The position numbers and the translations under genes were made by a program. Shown piece after piece: positions 1 through 10,543 of a stretch of 36,464 nucleotides of DNA. Under the pieces are notes generated by a model that saw only the letters and a list, made by a program, of their open reading frames with translations, was not told where the DNA came from and made no database searches. The DNA is from an uncultured Polaribacter sp. (GTDB lineage Bacteria; Bacteroidota; Bacteroidia; Flavobacteriales; Flavobacteriaceae). Each line of letters opens with the position of its first letter. Positions within the stretch are counted from its first letter, which is position 1. Location: the NCBI GenBank assembly GCA_937936695.1, contig CALHCK010000243.1, forward strand, positions 1-36,464, read 5' to 3'.

Positions 1-1
1 A

Positions 2-3000
2 CAAATTAGAACTTTAGATTTAGCTTATTTTCCTACAGAAAGGGGTTCTTACAACTTTGATACAGGAAATGATGTAGATGAAACAACTGGTAATTTTACA
101 GATCCAGAAAGTAGATGGGGTGGAGTTATGAGACCACTAAACACTAATAACTTTGATGTAGCCAATGTAGAATTTGTACAGTTTTGGGTAATGGATCCTT
201 ATGAAAACTATTCTATTACCAATGAAGAAGGTTTACCAGAAGGTATAGATCCTACAGATATTAATAATCAAATTGGAGATTTATACATAAATCTTGGTAA
301 CGTATCTGAAGACATTTTAAAAGATAATCGTAAAATGTACGAAAACGGATTACCTGAAGATGGGGTAAAAATTGAAGGTGTTAATATTAACAACAACGGT
401 GGAACAAGTTTTGCAGATGTACCTTCTAATCCATCTATCATATATTCTTTTAGTGAAGATGATTCTGCTAGAGCAAATCAAGATTTAGGTTTTGATGGAT
501 TAACAGATCAAGAAGAATTAGAAAGATTTAGTAATATCTCTGGTATTCCGTTAGCTAACATTCCTGATTACTTAAGAAATGACCCCGCTAGAGATAACTT
601 TCAGTTTTTTAGAGGTGGTGCATTAGATTCACAAAATGCTACAATTATATCTAGATATAAAGATTTTAATAATACTCAAGGAAATTCTCCTACTTTAAAC
701 CAATCTCCAGAGCCTTTTCCTACATCTTCCACTACATTTCCAGATGTTGAAGACATCAACAGAGACCAAACTATGAATACTGTTGAAAGTTATTTTGAAT
801 ATAAAATTTCTATGAACAAACGTGACTTGGTTAGAGGAAGAAACTTTATAGTTGATGAAAAAACGACACGTAGAAGGACAGAAAATGGAGACGAAATTAC
901 TGCAACATGGTATCAATTTAGAGTACCTATTAGAAGTGGTACTCCGGTAGGAGGTATTGATAATTTTAATAGTATTCGTTTTGTTAGAATGTATTTAACT
1001 AATTTTAGAATGCCAATAGTTATGCGTTTTGGAGAGCTAGATTTAGTAAGAGGTGATTGGAGAAGATATACTAGAACATTAGAAACTAATACACCAGAAG
1101 AATTAGAAAATTCAGAATTAAATAATTTTGAAGTTGGTGTTGTTAATATTGAACAAAATGAAGGTATTTATCGAACTCCTCCAGGTATAGAAAGAGAACA
1201 ATTACAAGGTAGTACTACTGTACAAGCACAGAATGAGCAATCTGTAACTTTAAAAGTAACAGACTTAGCTCCTAACACTACTAGAGCTATCTTTAAAAAT
1301 ATTAGTATAGATTTAAGAAGGTTTAAAAATTTACAAATGTTTTTGCACCTTCAACCAAATCAAGACCAAAATAATATAAACGATAATGACATGTCTGCCA
1401 TTATTCGTTTAGGAACAGATTTAGATGATAATTTTTATCAAATTGAAATGCCTTTAAGGGTAAGTAGTAGATCCTCTTCTTCGGCTATTGCTATTTGGCC
1501 AGAGGCCAATAATTTAGAAGCTATTTTAGAAGATTTTGGTCGTGTAAAAGTAGAAAGAGATATTTCTGGTACTTTACCAAATGAATTATATACTTCTTTA
1601 GATCAAAATCCAGATTTACCTTATACAATTAGCGTTAAAGGTAACCCTACTTTAGCGCAAATAAGAACTGTTATGCTAGGTTTAAAAAACAATACTTCTT
1701 TACCTAGTAGCGGAGAAGTTTGGTTTAATGAGCTACGTGCATCTGACTTTGATAACGAAGGTGGTTGGGCAGCAGTTTTAAATGCAGATGCTAACTTAGC
1801 AGATGTAGCAAATGTATCTTTAGCAGGAAGTATATCTACCATTGGTTTTGGTAATGTAGAAGACAAGGTAAATCAACGTAGTTTAGACGAAACAAGACAA
1901 TATGATGTTGCAACATCTGTAAATCTTGGTAAAATTTTAACTCCTAAAAAATGGGGAATTCAATTACCTATGACGTATAGTGTTGGAGAACAATTTATAG
2001 ATCCTAAATTTGACTTACAATACCAAGATGTTGAATTTGCTGAAGCAAAAAAGCTTATAGAAAGTGCTCCTGATAGTGAAAGAAAGACACAGGCTTTAGA
2101 AAACATAAGTAACTCGCAAGATTATACAAAAAGAACAAGTATTAGTTTTACAAACGTAAAAAAGAATAGAAACCCTAATTCTATTAAAAAACCACGTTTT
2201 TATGATGTAGAAAATTTAGCGGTGTCTTATTCGCATAATAAAGAATTCCATAAGAATTACAACATCGAGAAAAATATTAATGAAAACGTTAGAGCAACAG
2301 CTTCTTATAATCATACATTTAAATCTAAAGGATTAGAACCTTTTAAAAAATCTAATTTATTTAAGAACAAATATTTAAAATTAATTAAAGACATTAATTT
2401 TAACCCTATTCCTAAAACAATAGCGGTAAATTCTAGCGTTAACAGAAATTATAACGAGCAACAATCTAGAAACTTAATAGCAAACCTATCTCCTCAGCCA
2501 GAACTAATACAGAGAAGATTTTTATTTGATTGGGACTATACTGTTGGTTTTGACTTAACAAAATCGCTTCAATTAAACTTTAACGCAACCAATAGTTTTA
2601 TTTTTGATTCGTTTGGTGGTGATGAAGAATTAGAAATTTTTGATGATTTCTTTAATACAGGTAGACCCACTAATTATCATCAAAAATTAAATGCAACGTA
2701 TGATATCCCTATTGATAAAATTCCTTTTTTAAAGTTTATTAAAGCAGATTACGGGTATACAACAGATTTTGATTGGCAATCTGCACCCCAAGGAACTATT
2801 GATGTAGATGGAGTACAAGTACCATCTGTTAATTTAGTAGGAAACGTAATACAAAATGCAAATACACATAATTTAAATACTACTTTTAACTTAGAACGTT
2901 TTTACAAAAGTTTACACTTCGAAAAATTATTACTAAGCAAAAACCAACGTAAAAATGCAAAAGGTTTAAAAGGTGGCCCTAACTTACCAAAAACACCAGG

Positions 3001-4408
3001 TGGTATTAGAAGAAACAAAAAATTACCTTTAGGTAAAAAGATTTTAAAAGGTGCTTTTGATGTAATAACTTCTGTAAAACAAGCAAAAATTAGTTATTCT
3101 GAAAATAACGGACAACTATTACCTGGTTTTAGTGAAGATGCAAACTTTTTAGGAGGACCAACTACTTCTTTTGCCTTTGGTAGTCAGGTAGATATTAGAA
3201 ATAAAGCATTATTAAATGGTTGGTTAATAAGCCCAAGAGACCCAAATAATAGCGAATTTTTTAATAAAACTTACAGTAAAACTCACTACAATAAGTTAGA
3301 TTATACTTTTACTTTAAAACCATTTAAAGACTTAAATATTGATATAAGAGGTAATAAAATTGAAACTAGAGACATCTCTCAACAATTAGATATAATTGAT
3401 AACGGTACTGAATTTGGAGCTATAGATACTAATATTTCTACTTTTGAAACCGGAAACTTTAGCACAAGTTACTCTTTAGTTGCAACTGCATTTAAAAATA
3501 GCGATGTGTTGTTTCAAAATTTAAGAAATAATAGAGTTGAAGTATCAAGACGAATAGCAGCTAAAAATGGTGTTAATATAAATGCCGCTGAAAACATTAA
3601 TGATGATGGAACCATAAGAGGATATGGTGGTGATAGTCAAGATGTACTTTTACCTTCATTTCTTGCTGCATATTCTGGTCAAAGTGCAGGAAAAGTAAGT
3701 ACTAGTTTATTTAGAAATATACCAATACCTAACTGGACATTACGTTATGGAGGATTAATGAAATTTAAATTTTTTAAAGAAAACTTTAGCAGTTTTGTTG
3801 TTTCTCATGGGTACAGATCTTCTTATACTGTGGGTAATTACACAAATAATTTACAATTTAACGAAACTAACAATGCTTTAAATTCTGCAGGTAATTTTGA
3901 ATCAGAAAGATTAGTTTCTGCAGTTACTTTAGTTGATGAATTCTCTCCGCTTGTTAAATTAGACATGAAAATGAAAAATTCTTTTTCTTTAAGAGGAGAA
4001 GTTAAAAAAGACAGAGCCTTAAATTTAAACTTAAACAACAGTACACTAACAGATGTACAGGGTACAGAATTTATATTTGGTTTTGGATATCTTATAAAAG
4101 ATCTTAAAGTTAAGACTCGTTTTACAGGAAAAAAACAAACTTTAAAAGGAGATGTAAATTTAAGAGCAGATGTTTCTTTAAGAGATAACATAACTCAAAT
4201 TAGATCTATTATAGAAGATAATAATCAAATTAGTGGTGGTCAGAAATTATTTTCTATTAAATTTACAGCCGATTACAAATTACATAGAAACTTAACGGCT
4301 TCTTTTTATTACAATCACCAAACCTCTAGATATGCGATTTCTACGACATTTCCTAGACAATCTATTAATGGAGGATTTAATATTATATATAACTTAGGAG
4401 GAAATTAA
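2..4408 (+). CDS. sprA: Gliding motility / type IX secretion outer-membrane translocon SprA, 5'-truncated by the window edge
   Basis: The frame is open from base 2 ([18 protein letters not shown]...RWGGVMRPL), so ATG 128 is internal. SprA-typical motifs: [45 protein letters not shown]. Beta-strand-rich C-terminus. Followed by gcvH as is usual in Flavobacteriaceae. Confidence 0.95.
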   Translation, partial: QIRTLDLAYFPTERGSYNFDTGNDVDETTGNFTDPESRWGGVMRPLNTNNFDVANVEFVQFWVMDPYENYSITNEEGLPEGIDPTDINNQIGDLYINLGNVSEDILKDNRKMYENGLPEDGVKIEGVNINNNGGTSFADVPSNPSIIYSFSEDDSARANQDLGFDGLTDQEELERFSNISGIPLANIPDYLRNDPARDNFQFFRGGALDSQNATIISRYKDFNNTQGNSPTLNQSPEPFPTSSTTFPDVEDINRDQTMNTVESYFEYKISMNKRDLVRGRNFIVDEKTTRRRTENGDEITATWYQFRVPIRSGTPVGGIDNFNSIRFVRMYLTNFRMPIVMRFGELDLVRGDWRRYTRTLETNTPEELENSELNNFEVGVVNIEQNEGIYRTPPGIEREQLQGSTTVQAQNEQSVTLKVTDLAPNTTRAIFKNISIDLRRFKNLQMFLHLQPNQDQNNINDNDMSAIIRLGTDLDDNFYQIEMPLRVSSRSSSSAIAIWPEANNLEAILEDFGRVKVERDISGTLPNELYTSLDQNPDLPYTISVKGNPTLAQIRTVMLGLKNNTSLPSSGEVWFNELRASDFDNEGGWAAVLNADANLADVANVSLAGSISTIGFGNVEDKVNQRSLDETRQYDVATSVNLGKILTPKKWGIQLPMTYSVGEQFIDPKFDLQYQDVEFAEAKKLIESAPDSERKTQALENISNSQDYTKRTSISFTNVKKNRNPNSIKKPRFYDVENLAVSYSHNKEFHKNYNIEKNINENVRATASYNHTFKSKGLEPFKKSNLFKNKYLKLIKDINFNPIPKTIAVNSSVNRNYNEQQSRNLIANLSPQPELIQRRFLFDWDYTVGFDLTKSLQLNFNATNSFIFDSFGGDEELEIFDDFFNTGRPTNYHQKLNATYDIPIDKIPFLKFIKADYGYTTDFDWQSAPQGTIDVDGVQVPSVNLVGNVIQNANTHNLNTTFNLERFYKSLHFEKLLLSKNQRKNAKGLKGGPNLPKTPGGIRRNKKLPLGKKILKGAFDVITSVKQAKISYSENNGQLLPGFSEDANFLGGPTTSFAFGSQVDIRNKALLNGWLISPRDPNNSEFFNKTYSKTHYNKLDYTFTLKPFKDLNIDIRGNKIETRDISQQLDIIDNGTEFGAIDTNISTFETGNFSTSYSLVATAFKNSDVLFQNLRNNRVEVSRRIAAKNGVNINAAENINDDGTIRGYGGDSQDVLLPSFLAAYSGQSAGKVSTSLFRNIPIPNWTLRYGGLMKFKFFKENFSSFVVSHGYRSSYTVGNYTNNLQFNETNNALNSAGNFESERLVSAVTLVDEFSPLVKLDMKMKNSFSLRGEVKKDRALNLNLNNSTLTDVQGTEFIFGFGYLIKDLKVKTRFTGKKQTLKGDVNLRADVSLRDNITQIRSIIEDNNQISGGQKLFSIKFTADYKLHRNLTASFYYNHQTSRYAISTTFPRQSINGGFNIIYNLGGN

Positions 4409-4427
4409 CACTAAAAATAAAACAGAA

Positions 4428-4808
4428 ATGAATTTACCAGCAGACTTAAAATATACAAAAGATCATGAATGGGTTAAAATTGAAGGAGATACTGCCATTG
4501 TAGGTATTACTGATTTTGCTCAAGGAGAATTAGGAGACATTGTATATGTAGATGTAGATACACTAGACGATACAGTAGAAAAAGATGCCATTTTTGGGTC
4601 TGTTGAAGCTGTAAAAACAGTATCAGATTTATTTATGCCTTTAACAGGAGAGGTTGTAGAATTTAACGAAGAATTAGAAGATGACCCAGAATTGGTAAAC
4701 ACTGATCCTTATGGAAAAGGATGGATGATAAAAATAAGTATAGACGATAGTACACAAATAGATGAATTATTAGATAATGAAGCTTATAAGAAACTTATTG
4801 AGGCATAA
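4428..4808 (+). CDS. gcvH: Glycine cleavage system H protein
   Basis: [23 protein letters not shown], lipoyl-Lys motif [18 protein letters not shown]. Confidence 0.98.
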   Translation: MNLPADLKYTKDHEWVKIEGDTAIVGITDFAQGELGDIVYVDVDTLDDTVEKDAIFGSVEAVKTVSDLFMPLTGEVVEFNEELEDDPELVNTDPYGKGWMIKISIDDSTQIDELLDNEAYKKLIEA

Positions 4809-5154
4809 GTTTTTTATTACTAGTGCTATTTTTATTACATTTTTTATCGCTTATTTAAGCTTAATAAAAATACCTAGTTCTAAAGTATCTATAGCTAATA
4901 TTGACAAAATCTATCATCTAATAGCCTATTTTACACTGGCTATTTTTTGGCTTTTTTCTTTCTATAAAAGAAAAAAATTAAAAAATATAATAGTAACGTT
5001 ATGTGTGCTTTATGGCATAATTATTGAGATACTTCAAGATAAATTTACAGCATATAGAACTGGAGATTATAAAGATGTTATTGCAAACACCTTAGGAGTT
5101 CTATTGGCACTAGTGATGTTTAACCTTATTTTAAAAAAAAATGTCGTTAATTAA
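4777..5154 (+). CDS. VanZ-family membrane protein
   Basis: [33 protein letters not shown] motifs; several hydrophobic segments. Start uncertain: ATG 4777 overlaps gcvH, TTG 4798 is an alternative. Confidence 0.85.
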   Translation: MKLIRNLLRHKFFITSAIFITFFIAYLSLIKIPSSKVSIANIDKIYHLIAYFTLAIFWLFSFYKRKKLKNIIVTLCVLYGIIIEILQDKFTAYRTGDYKDVIANTLGVLLALVMFNLILKKNVVN

Positions 5155-5218
5155 CAATAACTTGTGAATAAACCAATATTTTATTTAAATTAGCGAACTA
5201 TTATTAAAACTGACTACC

Positions 5219-5941
5219 ATGGAAATTAAAAAAAATCCGAAATCTAACTTAGAAAATTTTAGTAAGATTTTTATGCAAATAGGTTTAGTACTTGCCCTAT
5301 TTATTACATATGCTGCGATTGAAAATAAAACTTACGATAAAGTAGAAATAGAAGAATTAGAGGATGTTGTAATGACTGCTCAATTAGAAGAAGAAATTCC
5401 TATTACTCAAAGAGTACAACCTACACAACCAAAAACTCCACCGCCACCAGCTCCAGAAATTATTGAAGTTGTTGAAGATGATGAAGAAGTTGAAGAAACT
5501 GTAATTGAAACTACAGAAACTGACGAAACTGAAGAGGTTGTTATTGACGATATTGAAGAAGTTGAAGAGGTTGAAGAAGTTGTAGAGGATGTTAGTTTTT
5601 TAATTATTGAAGATGTACCTACATTCCCTGGCTGTAAAGGAAATAAAAAACAATTATCTGATTGTTTTAGTAAACAAGTTCAAAAACATTTTGGTAAAAA
5701 CTTTAATAGAGATTTACCTAACGAATTAGGTTTAGATTCAGGTAAAAAAAGAGTATTCATTGGTTTTAAAATAGACAAACAAGGTAATGTTGTTGATATT
5801 AGAGCTAGAGCACCACACCCTAGAATACAAAGTGAAGTTATTAAGGTGATGAAAAAATTACCTAAAATGAAACCAGGTAGACAAAGAGGTAAACCAGTTG
5901 GAGTAAAATATAGTATACCTTTTACGTTATTAGTTGAATAA
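5219..5941 (+). CDS. tonB: Energy transducer TonB family protein
   Basis: N-terminal TM anchor, Pro-rich (TPPPPAP) and acidic linker, C-terminal TonB domain (VPTFPGC...FKIDKQG...PGRQRGKPVGVKYSIP). Confidence 0.9.
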   Translation: MEIKKNPKSNLENFSKIFMQIGLVLALFITYAAIENKTYDKVEIEELEDVVMTAQLEEEIPITQRVQPTQPKTPPPPAPEIIEVVEDDEEVEETVIETTETDETEEVVIDDIEEVEEVEEVVEDVSFLIIEDVPTFPGCKGNKKQLSDCFSKQVQKHFGKNFNRDLPNELGLDSGKKRVFIGFKIDKQGNVVDIRARAPHPRIQSEVIKVMKKLPKMKPGRQRGKPVGVKYSIPFTLLVE

Positions 5942-5959
5942 TAACTATAAAGTAAAACA

Positions 5960-6003
5960 AAAAAAAGGGGATTAAAATATTAATATTTTAATCCCCTTTT
6001 TTT
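5960..6003. terminator. Intrinsic terminator after tonB; perfect 44-bp palindrome
   Basis: AAAAAAAGGGGATTAAAATATT|AATATTTTAATCCCCTTTTTTT, with A and T tracts at the ends. Confidence 0.85.
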
Positions 6004-6441
6004 GTTGATAAAACTTTCTTTCTTTTATAAACAAATCAATGAATGAATGCTGTTTAACTGTTGGTTTCTCTAATCCTACAATACATACTACTCATACAAA
6101 TAAATTTATAACTTACTAGATTATCCTTGATATATTAAAAATAATTGGAGAGCTTGTACAAAAACTCTTTAAAGATAGATATTCTTTTAATGAAATATCA
6201 CATCAAAAACTAAGATTATTGCTAAACAATAAGTTGCCAATAAGTTTAAGTAGCTACAGCATACAGTAATTCACAATCTATATTATTTATAGTGGTTAGT
6301 GATTCTATTTTTTAATCAAATTAAAACTAATAATATAACCTTTACATATTTAATGGTTAGGTTTATAATAATCTCGTCTTTGTAAAACTAATATTTTTGA
6401 TAATTCAAAAATTTTAATTCTCATCTATTTAAAAAAATACC

Positions 6442-6480
6442 AAAAAAAAGTCCAACTAAAATTTAGTTGGACTTTTTTTT
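6442..6480 (-). terminator. Intrinsic terminator of the 6502-6852 gene (symmetric)
   Basis: AAAAAAAAGTCCAACTAAA-A-TTTAGTTGGACTTTTTTTT. Confidence 0.85.
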
Positions 6481-6501
6481 TATAAAATGTATTTAATTGT
6501 A

Positions 6502-6852
6502 CTAGTCTGTTAAAGCAACTTTATTATCAGTACTTAAAGAATTTACATAAACAATTTGGTTGTTTTTGTAATTGATTTCTTTTACTGCATCTTTTGTCCA
6601 AATCATCCATTTACCATCTTTTTTTCCTTCTTTGTAATAAGCTACTTGTTTTTTGTTTCCTTGTTCATCATAAGCTACCCATTTACCAGTTAACTTATTA
6701 TTTTTAAAGAATCCTTGTGTTTTAATGTTACCATTTTCATAGTAATACGTTGCCTTTACTAAATCACCTGATTTTTTAAATGTTGGTTGTATATTTTGAG
6801 AAAACCCTAAAGATGTTACAAATAGAACTAATAATGTTAATAAATTTTTCAT
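6502..6852 (-). CDS. Secreted MORN-variant repeat protein (YwqK-like fold)
   Basis: Signal peptide (MKNLLTLLVLFVTSLGFS) and repeats YYENGNIKTQG, GKWVAYDEQG, YKEGKKDGKW. Confidence 0.8.
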   Translation of the reverse strand: MKNLLTLLVLFVTSLGFSQNIQPTFKKSGDLVKATYYYENGNIKTQGFFKNNKLTGKWVAYDEQGNKKQVAYYKEGKKDGKWMIWTKDAVKEINYKNNQIVYVNSLSTDNKVALTD

Positions 6853-6893
6853 GGTTATATTTTTTTAAATGTTGATATTTAATATTTACATTA

Positions 6894-6950
6894 CAAATAT
6901 AGTATAAATATTACATTTACACAACATTTGGTTAACATTAAGTTAACATT
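6894..6950 (-). promoter_or_regulatory. Bacteroidota -7 element plus four 11-bp-phased direct repeats
   Basis: Minus-strand TATATTTG at 6901-6894. ACATT starts at 6913, 6924, 6935 and 6946 on +; the last two are within GTTAACATT. Confidence 0.6.
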
Positions 6951-7011
6951 GGAGATTATTTAAATAAATTTTTAGTATATTTAATTGATATTAAATAAAT
7001 TAAAAAAAGTT

Positions 7012-7212
7012 ATGGCAATAATGAAAGTTATCGAAGTATTAGCTAATTCTGAAAAAAGTTGGGAAGACGCTACAAAAAAAGCAGTTAAACAAGCTTCTAA
7101 ATCTGTAAAAAATATTAAATCTGTTTTTGTACAGTCTCAAAGCGCTGTAGTTAATGATGGAGAAGTAACAGAGTTTAGAGTAAATTTAAAAATTACTTTT
7201 GAAGTTAATTAA
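7012..7212 (+). CDS. Dodecin-family small protein
   Basis: MAIMKVIEVLANSEKSWEDA...EFRVNLKITFEV. ATG 7012 is preferred over TTG 6985. Confidence 0.9.
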   Translation: MAIMKVIEVLANSEKSWEDATKKAVKQASKSVKNIKSVFVQSQSAVVNDGEVTEFRVNLKITFEVN

Positions 7213-7233
7213 CCAAACAATCTAACATTTATT

Positions 7234-7267
7234 AAAAACGACTTATTTAATTAAGTCGTTTTTTTTT
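7234..7267 (+). terminator. Intrinsic terminator after dodecin
   Basis: AAAAACGACTTA-tttaat-TAAGTCGTTTTT followed by more T. Confidence 0.8.
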
Positions 7268-7379
7268 AAAACTAAATTATGAGATTTGAATAATAGATAT
7301 ATTGTATAAAAAATATATAATTTTTGAAATAATCTATTAATTTTACAGACAGAATAAATAAATACAAAATCAAAAAAAA

Positions 7380-8180
7380 ATGGAAGATTACCCTGAATTA
7401 ATTCAAGGAGCTGTTATTGAATACGCTCCAAAAATTTTAACTGCTTTAGCAATTTTAATTGTTGGGCTTTTTGTTATCAAGTTTATTGTGAAAGCCGCTG
7501 TAGGCATCATGAAAAAAAGAAGCATAGATATTACGTTACAAAAATTTTTAGGTAACCTAATAGGTTGGGCTTTAAAAATATTACTTTTTATAACTGTTAT
7601 TGCAAAATTAGGTGTAGAAACAGCTTCTTTTGCTGCTATAATTGCCGCAGCTGGTTTAGCAGTTGGTATGGCATTACAAGGTTCTTTAGGTAATTTTGCC
7701 GGTGGTGTTTTAATAATGATCTTTAAACCTTTTAAAATTGGTGATTTAGTTGAAGCGCAAGGTGAAATAGGTGTTGTAAAAGAGATAGAAATTTTTACTA
7801 CTAAACTTACTGGTTTATCTAACAGAGAAATTATTATACCTAATGGTACATTATCTAATGGTAACATAATAAACTACACAACAGAAGGTACTAGACGAGT
7901 AGATTTAGTAATTGGTGTATCTTATGATGCGGATATTAAAGAAACAAAAGATGTTTTAATGAATGTATTAACATCTCATCCAAAGGTTTTAAAAGATCCT
8001 AAACCAGCAGTTACTGTTTTAGAATTAGCAGATAGTTCTGTAAATTTTGCCGTAAGACCATGGTGTAATACAGAACATTACTGGGATGTGTATTTTGAAG
8101 TTACCGAAAACGTGAAAATTGCATTAGACAAAGCAGGTATAGAAATTCCTTACCCACATTCTGTAGAAATTAAAAAGTAG
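7380..8180 (+). CDS. mscS: Small-conductance mechanosensitive channel
   Basis: GLAVGMALQGSLGNFAGG, PFKIGD, IIIPNG, GIEIPYP. Confidence 0.95.
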   Translation: MEDYPELIQGAVIEYAPKILTALAILIVGLFVIKFIVKAAVGIMKKRSIDITLQKFLGNLIGWALKILLFITVIAKLGVETASFAAIIAAAGLAVGMALQGSLGNFAGGVLIMIFKPFKIGDLVEAQGEIGVVKEIEIFTTKLTGLSNREIIIPNGTLSNGNIINYTTEGTRRVDLVIGVSYDADIKETKDVLMNVLTSHPKVLKDPKPAVTVLELADSSVNFAVRPWCNTEHYWDVYFEVTENVKIALDKAGIEIPYPHSVEIKK

Positions 8181-8856
8181 GTTTCTTTTTCTTTTCAGGA
8201 ATAACAACAAAATCTTTTAAATAAAAAGGTTCAAAATAAGCGACATCTTCGATGTCGTTTTTTTTGTACTTATTATATGATAATTCTGCCATTTCTTTTG
8301 CCGAAGGAAATTTATCATCTACAAAAATAGCATTAACATGCGTAATAACTTCTTTACACTTGGCAGCTCCATCACCTAAAAAATATACTTTGTCTTTTTC
8401 TAAAAATTCAGAAAAAGAATTACCATCTATAATTTCTGCTTTAATTTCTCTTATACTAGTATAGTCTGCATTTAAAATTGAAGAATATACTTCCATTCTT
8501 CTGGCATCTAACATTGGTACAATAAAACCTGTATCAATAACAATAGCATGCGCCAAAGAAGTTAATGTATTTACAGAAATTAAAGGCTTATCAAAAGCGA
8601 AACAAAGTCCTTTTGCGGCAGATACTCCAATTCTTAAGCCTGTATAAGAACCAGGACCTTTACTTACCGCTACAGCATCTATTTTGTCTGTGGTAAGGTT
8701 TACCTCTTTTAAAATTTCAACAATAAAAGGATGTAAAACTTCTGCGTGAGAGTAATTACCATTGTTAAGTTCTTTAATTATTAAAACCTCTCCGTCTTTT
8801 GCTAAAGATACAGAACAGTTTTTTGTAGCTGTTTCTATGTTAAGAATTATTGCCAA
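8170..8856 (-). CDS. tsaB: tRNA threonylcarbamoyladenosine biosynthesis protein TsaB
   Basis: ILNIETAT, GPGSYTGLRIG, LDARRMEVY, EPFYLK. TTG 8856 is preferred because the track start (8874) lies inside a TATCTTTG promoter element. Confidence 0.95.
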   Translation of the reverse strand: MAIILNIETATKNCSVSLAKDGEVLIIKELNNGNYSHAEVLHPFIVEILKEVNLTTDKIDAVAVSKGPGSYTGLRIGVSAAKGLCFAFDKPLISVNTLTSLAHAIVIDTGFIVPMLDARRMEVYSSILNADYTSIREIKAEIIDGNSFSEFLEKDKVYFLGDGAAKCKEVITHVNAIFVDDKFPSAKEMAELSYNKYKKNDIEDVAYFEPFYLKDFVVIPEKKKKPTF

Positions 8857-8871
8857 AATTGTAATTTTTAG

Positions 8872-8879
8872 CAAAGATA
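8872..8879 (-). promoter_or_regulatory. Bacteroidota -7 promoter element for tsaB
   Basis: TATCTTTG on the minus strand, 15 nt upstream of the TTG start. Confidence 0.6.
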
Positions 8880-8900
8880 GTATTTCAAAAAGAAAGAAAA

Positions 8901-10223
8901 TTAAAAAGTTAACTCACCAGAATAGAATTGTAAAACTTTAGTTTTAAAAACATAATCATATTTAGAGCGTATTAAAGAAGACTCTGCATTTACAAAACGT
9001 ATTCTCACTAAATCTAAATCAAACAATGTTATAACCCCATTGTTATATCTTTCTTGTGCATTTTTAAAAGCTTCTTTTTGAGCAGATAATGATATTTTTG
9101 AAGCTTCATAATTTTTTAAGGCTGCTTTAGCATCTAAAAAAGCTTGTTCTATAGTTTGTTTTAATTGTAATTTTTCGTTTTCTAATCTTGTTTTTGATAG
9201 CTCTTGATTTATTAAAGATTTTGCAACATTATTTTTGGTTTGAAAACGATTAAATATCGGAATATTAATACTAAAACCTGCTCCGTAACCAAAATTATCA
9301 TTCAGCTGTTCATAAAGATTGGTATTAGAAAAACCTTCTGGTAAATTTAAATTATACCTATAATTACTAGATAAACTTGCAGATGCTGTAATAGTTGGTA
9401 AAAAAGATGATTTAGAAATTTGTGTAGCTAATTTGGCATTTTCTAATGATAATTTAGCTCTTTCTATTTCAGGCAAACGCTCTAAAGATTTGTTATATAT
9501 TACTGAAGAATTTTTATATAATAAATTAGTTAATTGATTATCTACATTCACAGAGAGGATATCAAAATCGTTGGCTGGAATTTGTAGTGCCTGTGCTAAA
9601 TTTAACAACGCTAAATTTAAAGCATTTTCTTGTGCTACAACTCGTTGTAAATCTGCCGCTGCGGTAGATTGTGCATTAAGCAAATCTCCTTTAGGTATAA
9701 TACCAGATTCAAATCTACGCTCTGTTACCTTTATTTGATTACTGCTTATTTTATACTGTACATTAGCTATATTTAAGTTTTCTTTTGCAAAAAGAATATT
9801 TAAATATGCATTAACAATAAATAATGAAATATCGTTTTTTATCTTTTTTAAATCTAAAAGACTAGATTTTACACCTAATTGTGCTTGTTTATAAATGTAT
9901 GTATTTCTGTAACCGTTAAAAACAGTAATAGCAGAATTTGCCCTTATTCCACCTCCAAATAAACTTGTATTTACTCTGTCTTGAGAAACAGGATCAAAAC
10001 CAGTTCCAAAATTTAAATTTCCTCCTGTAGACGCGGTTAAATTTGGTAAGAAATTACCTTTTGCTATTGCTACATCTTTTTTTGCTAAATTTACGTTTAG
10101 TTGATTCTGTTGTACAGATATGTTTTTTTCTAAAGCTCTGTCTACACATTCTTTAAGAGACCACTTTTTTTGAGAAAAGGAAATAGCTGGTATTAGTAAA
10201 AGTAATAGTAACTTATTTTTCAC
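8901..10223 (-). CDS. TolC-family outer-membrane efflux protein
   Basis: GTG start, signal peptide, WSLKECVDRALEKN, two FLP(N/T) repeats, IPIFNRF, ERYNNG. Confidence 0.9.
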   Translation of the reverse strand: MKNKLLLLLLIPAISFSQKKWSLKECVDRALEKNISVQQNQLNVNLAKKDVAIAKGNFLPNLTASTGGNLNFGTGFDPVSQDRVNTSLFGGGIRANSAITVFNGYRNTYIYKQAQLGVKSSLLDLKKIKNDISLFIVNAYLNILFAKENLNIANVQYKISSNQIKVTERRFESGIIPKGDLLNAQSTAAADLQRVVAQENALNLALLNLAQALQIPANDFDILSVNVDNQLTNLLYKNSSVIYNKSLERLPEIERAKLSLENAKLATQISKSSFLPTITASASLSSNYRYNLNLPEGFSNTNLYEQLNDNFGYGAGFSINIPIFNRFQTKNNVAKSLINQELSKTRLENEKLQLKQTIEQAFLDAKAALKNYEASKISLSAQKEAFKNAQERYNNGVITLFDLDLVRIRFVNAESSLIRSKYDYVFKTKVLQFYSGELTF

Positions 10224-10273
10224 AACAATAATTTTTAGGTTTTATCTTAAAAAACAATTAACAGTTTATATAA

Positions 10274-10299
10274 GACGACTAAAAATAAAATTTGTTACA
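10274..10299 (-). promoter_or_regulatory. Candidate ECF-sigma promoter for the TolC gene
   Basis: TGTAAC-N16-CGTC on the minus strand, 50 nt upstream of the start. Confidence 0.55.
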
Positions 10300-10321
10300 C
10301 TATTTACATACTATAGATATG

Positions 10322-10543
10322 TTAATTTTTATCTTTCTTTTTATATCTGTAGATAACATAAAATAAAGCACCTATTAATAAATAAGGAAATACCATTAAA
10401 TAAGTAATTCCGTTATTTACACCTTCTGCCATAGAAACATCCCCATTTTCAACCACTGCTTTACACATAGCACACTGCGCCCAACCTTTAACAAAAGTGA
10501 TTAAAAAAAGCAATACAAAAAAATATGTTGATTTTTTATGCAT
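10322..10543 (-). CDS. Small membrane protein with CxxC, last gene of the oxidase assembly cluster
   Basis: Signal-like N-terminus, AQCAMCKA, C-terminal TM (GITYLMVFPY); start overlaps the DUF420 stop. Confidence 0.75.
   Translation of the reverse strand: MHKKSTYFFVLLFLITFVKGWAQCAMCKAVVENGDVSMAEGVNNGITYLMVFPYLLIGALFYVIYRYKKKDKN

Noticed and set aside
695-4702. Antisense ORFs 695-916, 1621-1866, 3838-4191, 4520-4702
   Set aside because: Shadows of sprA and gcvH; no motifs or expression signals.
6502-7212. Toxin-antitoxin pair (YwqK-like plus small ORF)
   Set aside because: The genes are divergent, the partner is a dodecin, and no toxin gene is adjacent.
8170-8180. Convergent 3' overlaps (mscS/tsaB 11 nt; also 32826-32842)
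   Set aside because: Short tail-to-tail overlaps are common in compact genomes.
7403-8464. ORFs 7403-7867 (-) and 8252-8464 (+)
   Set aside because: Antisense shadows of mscS and tsaB.
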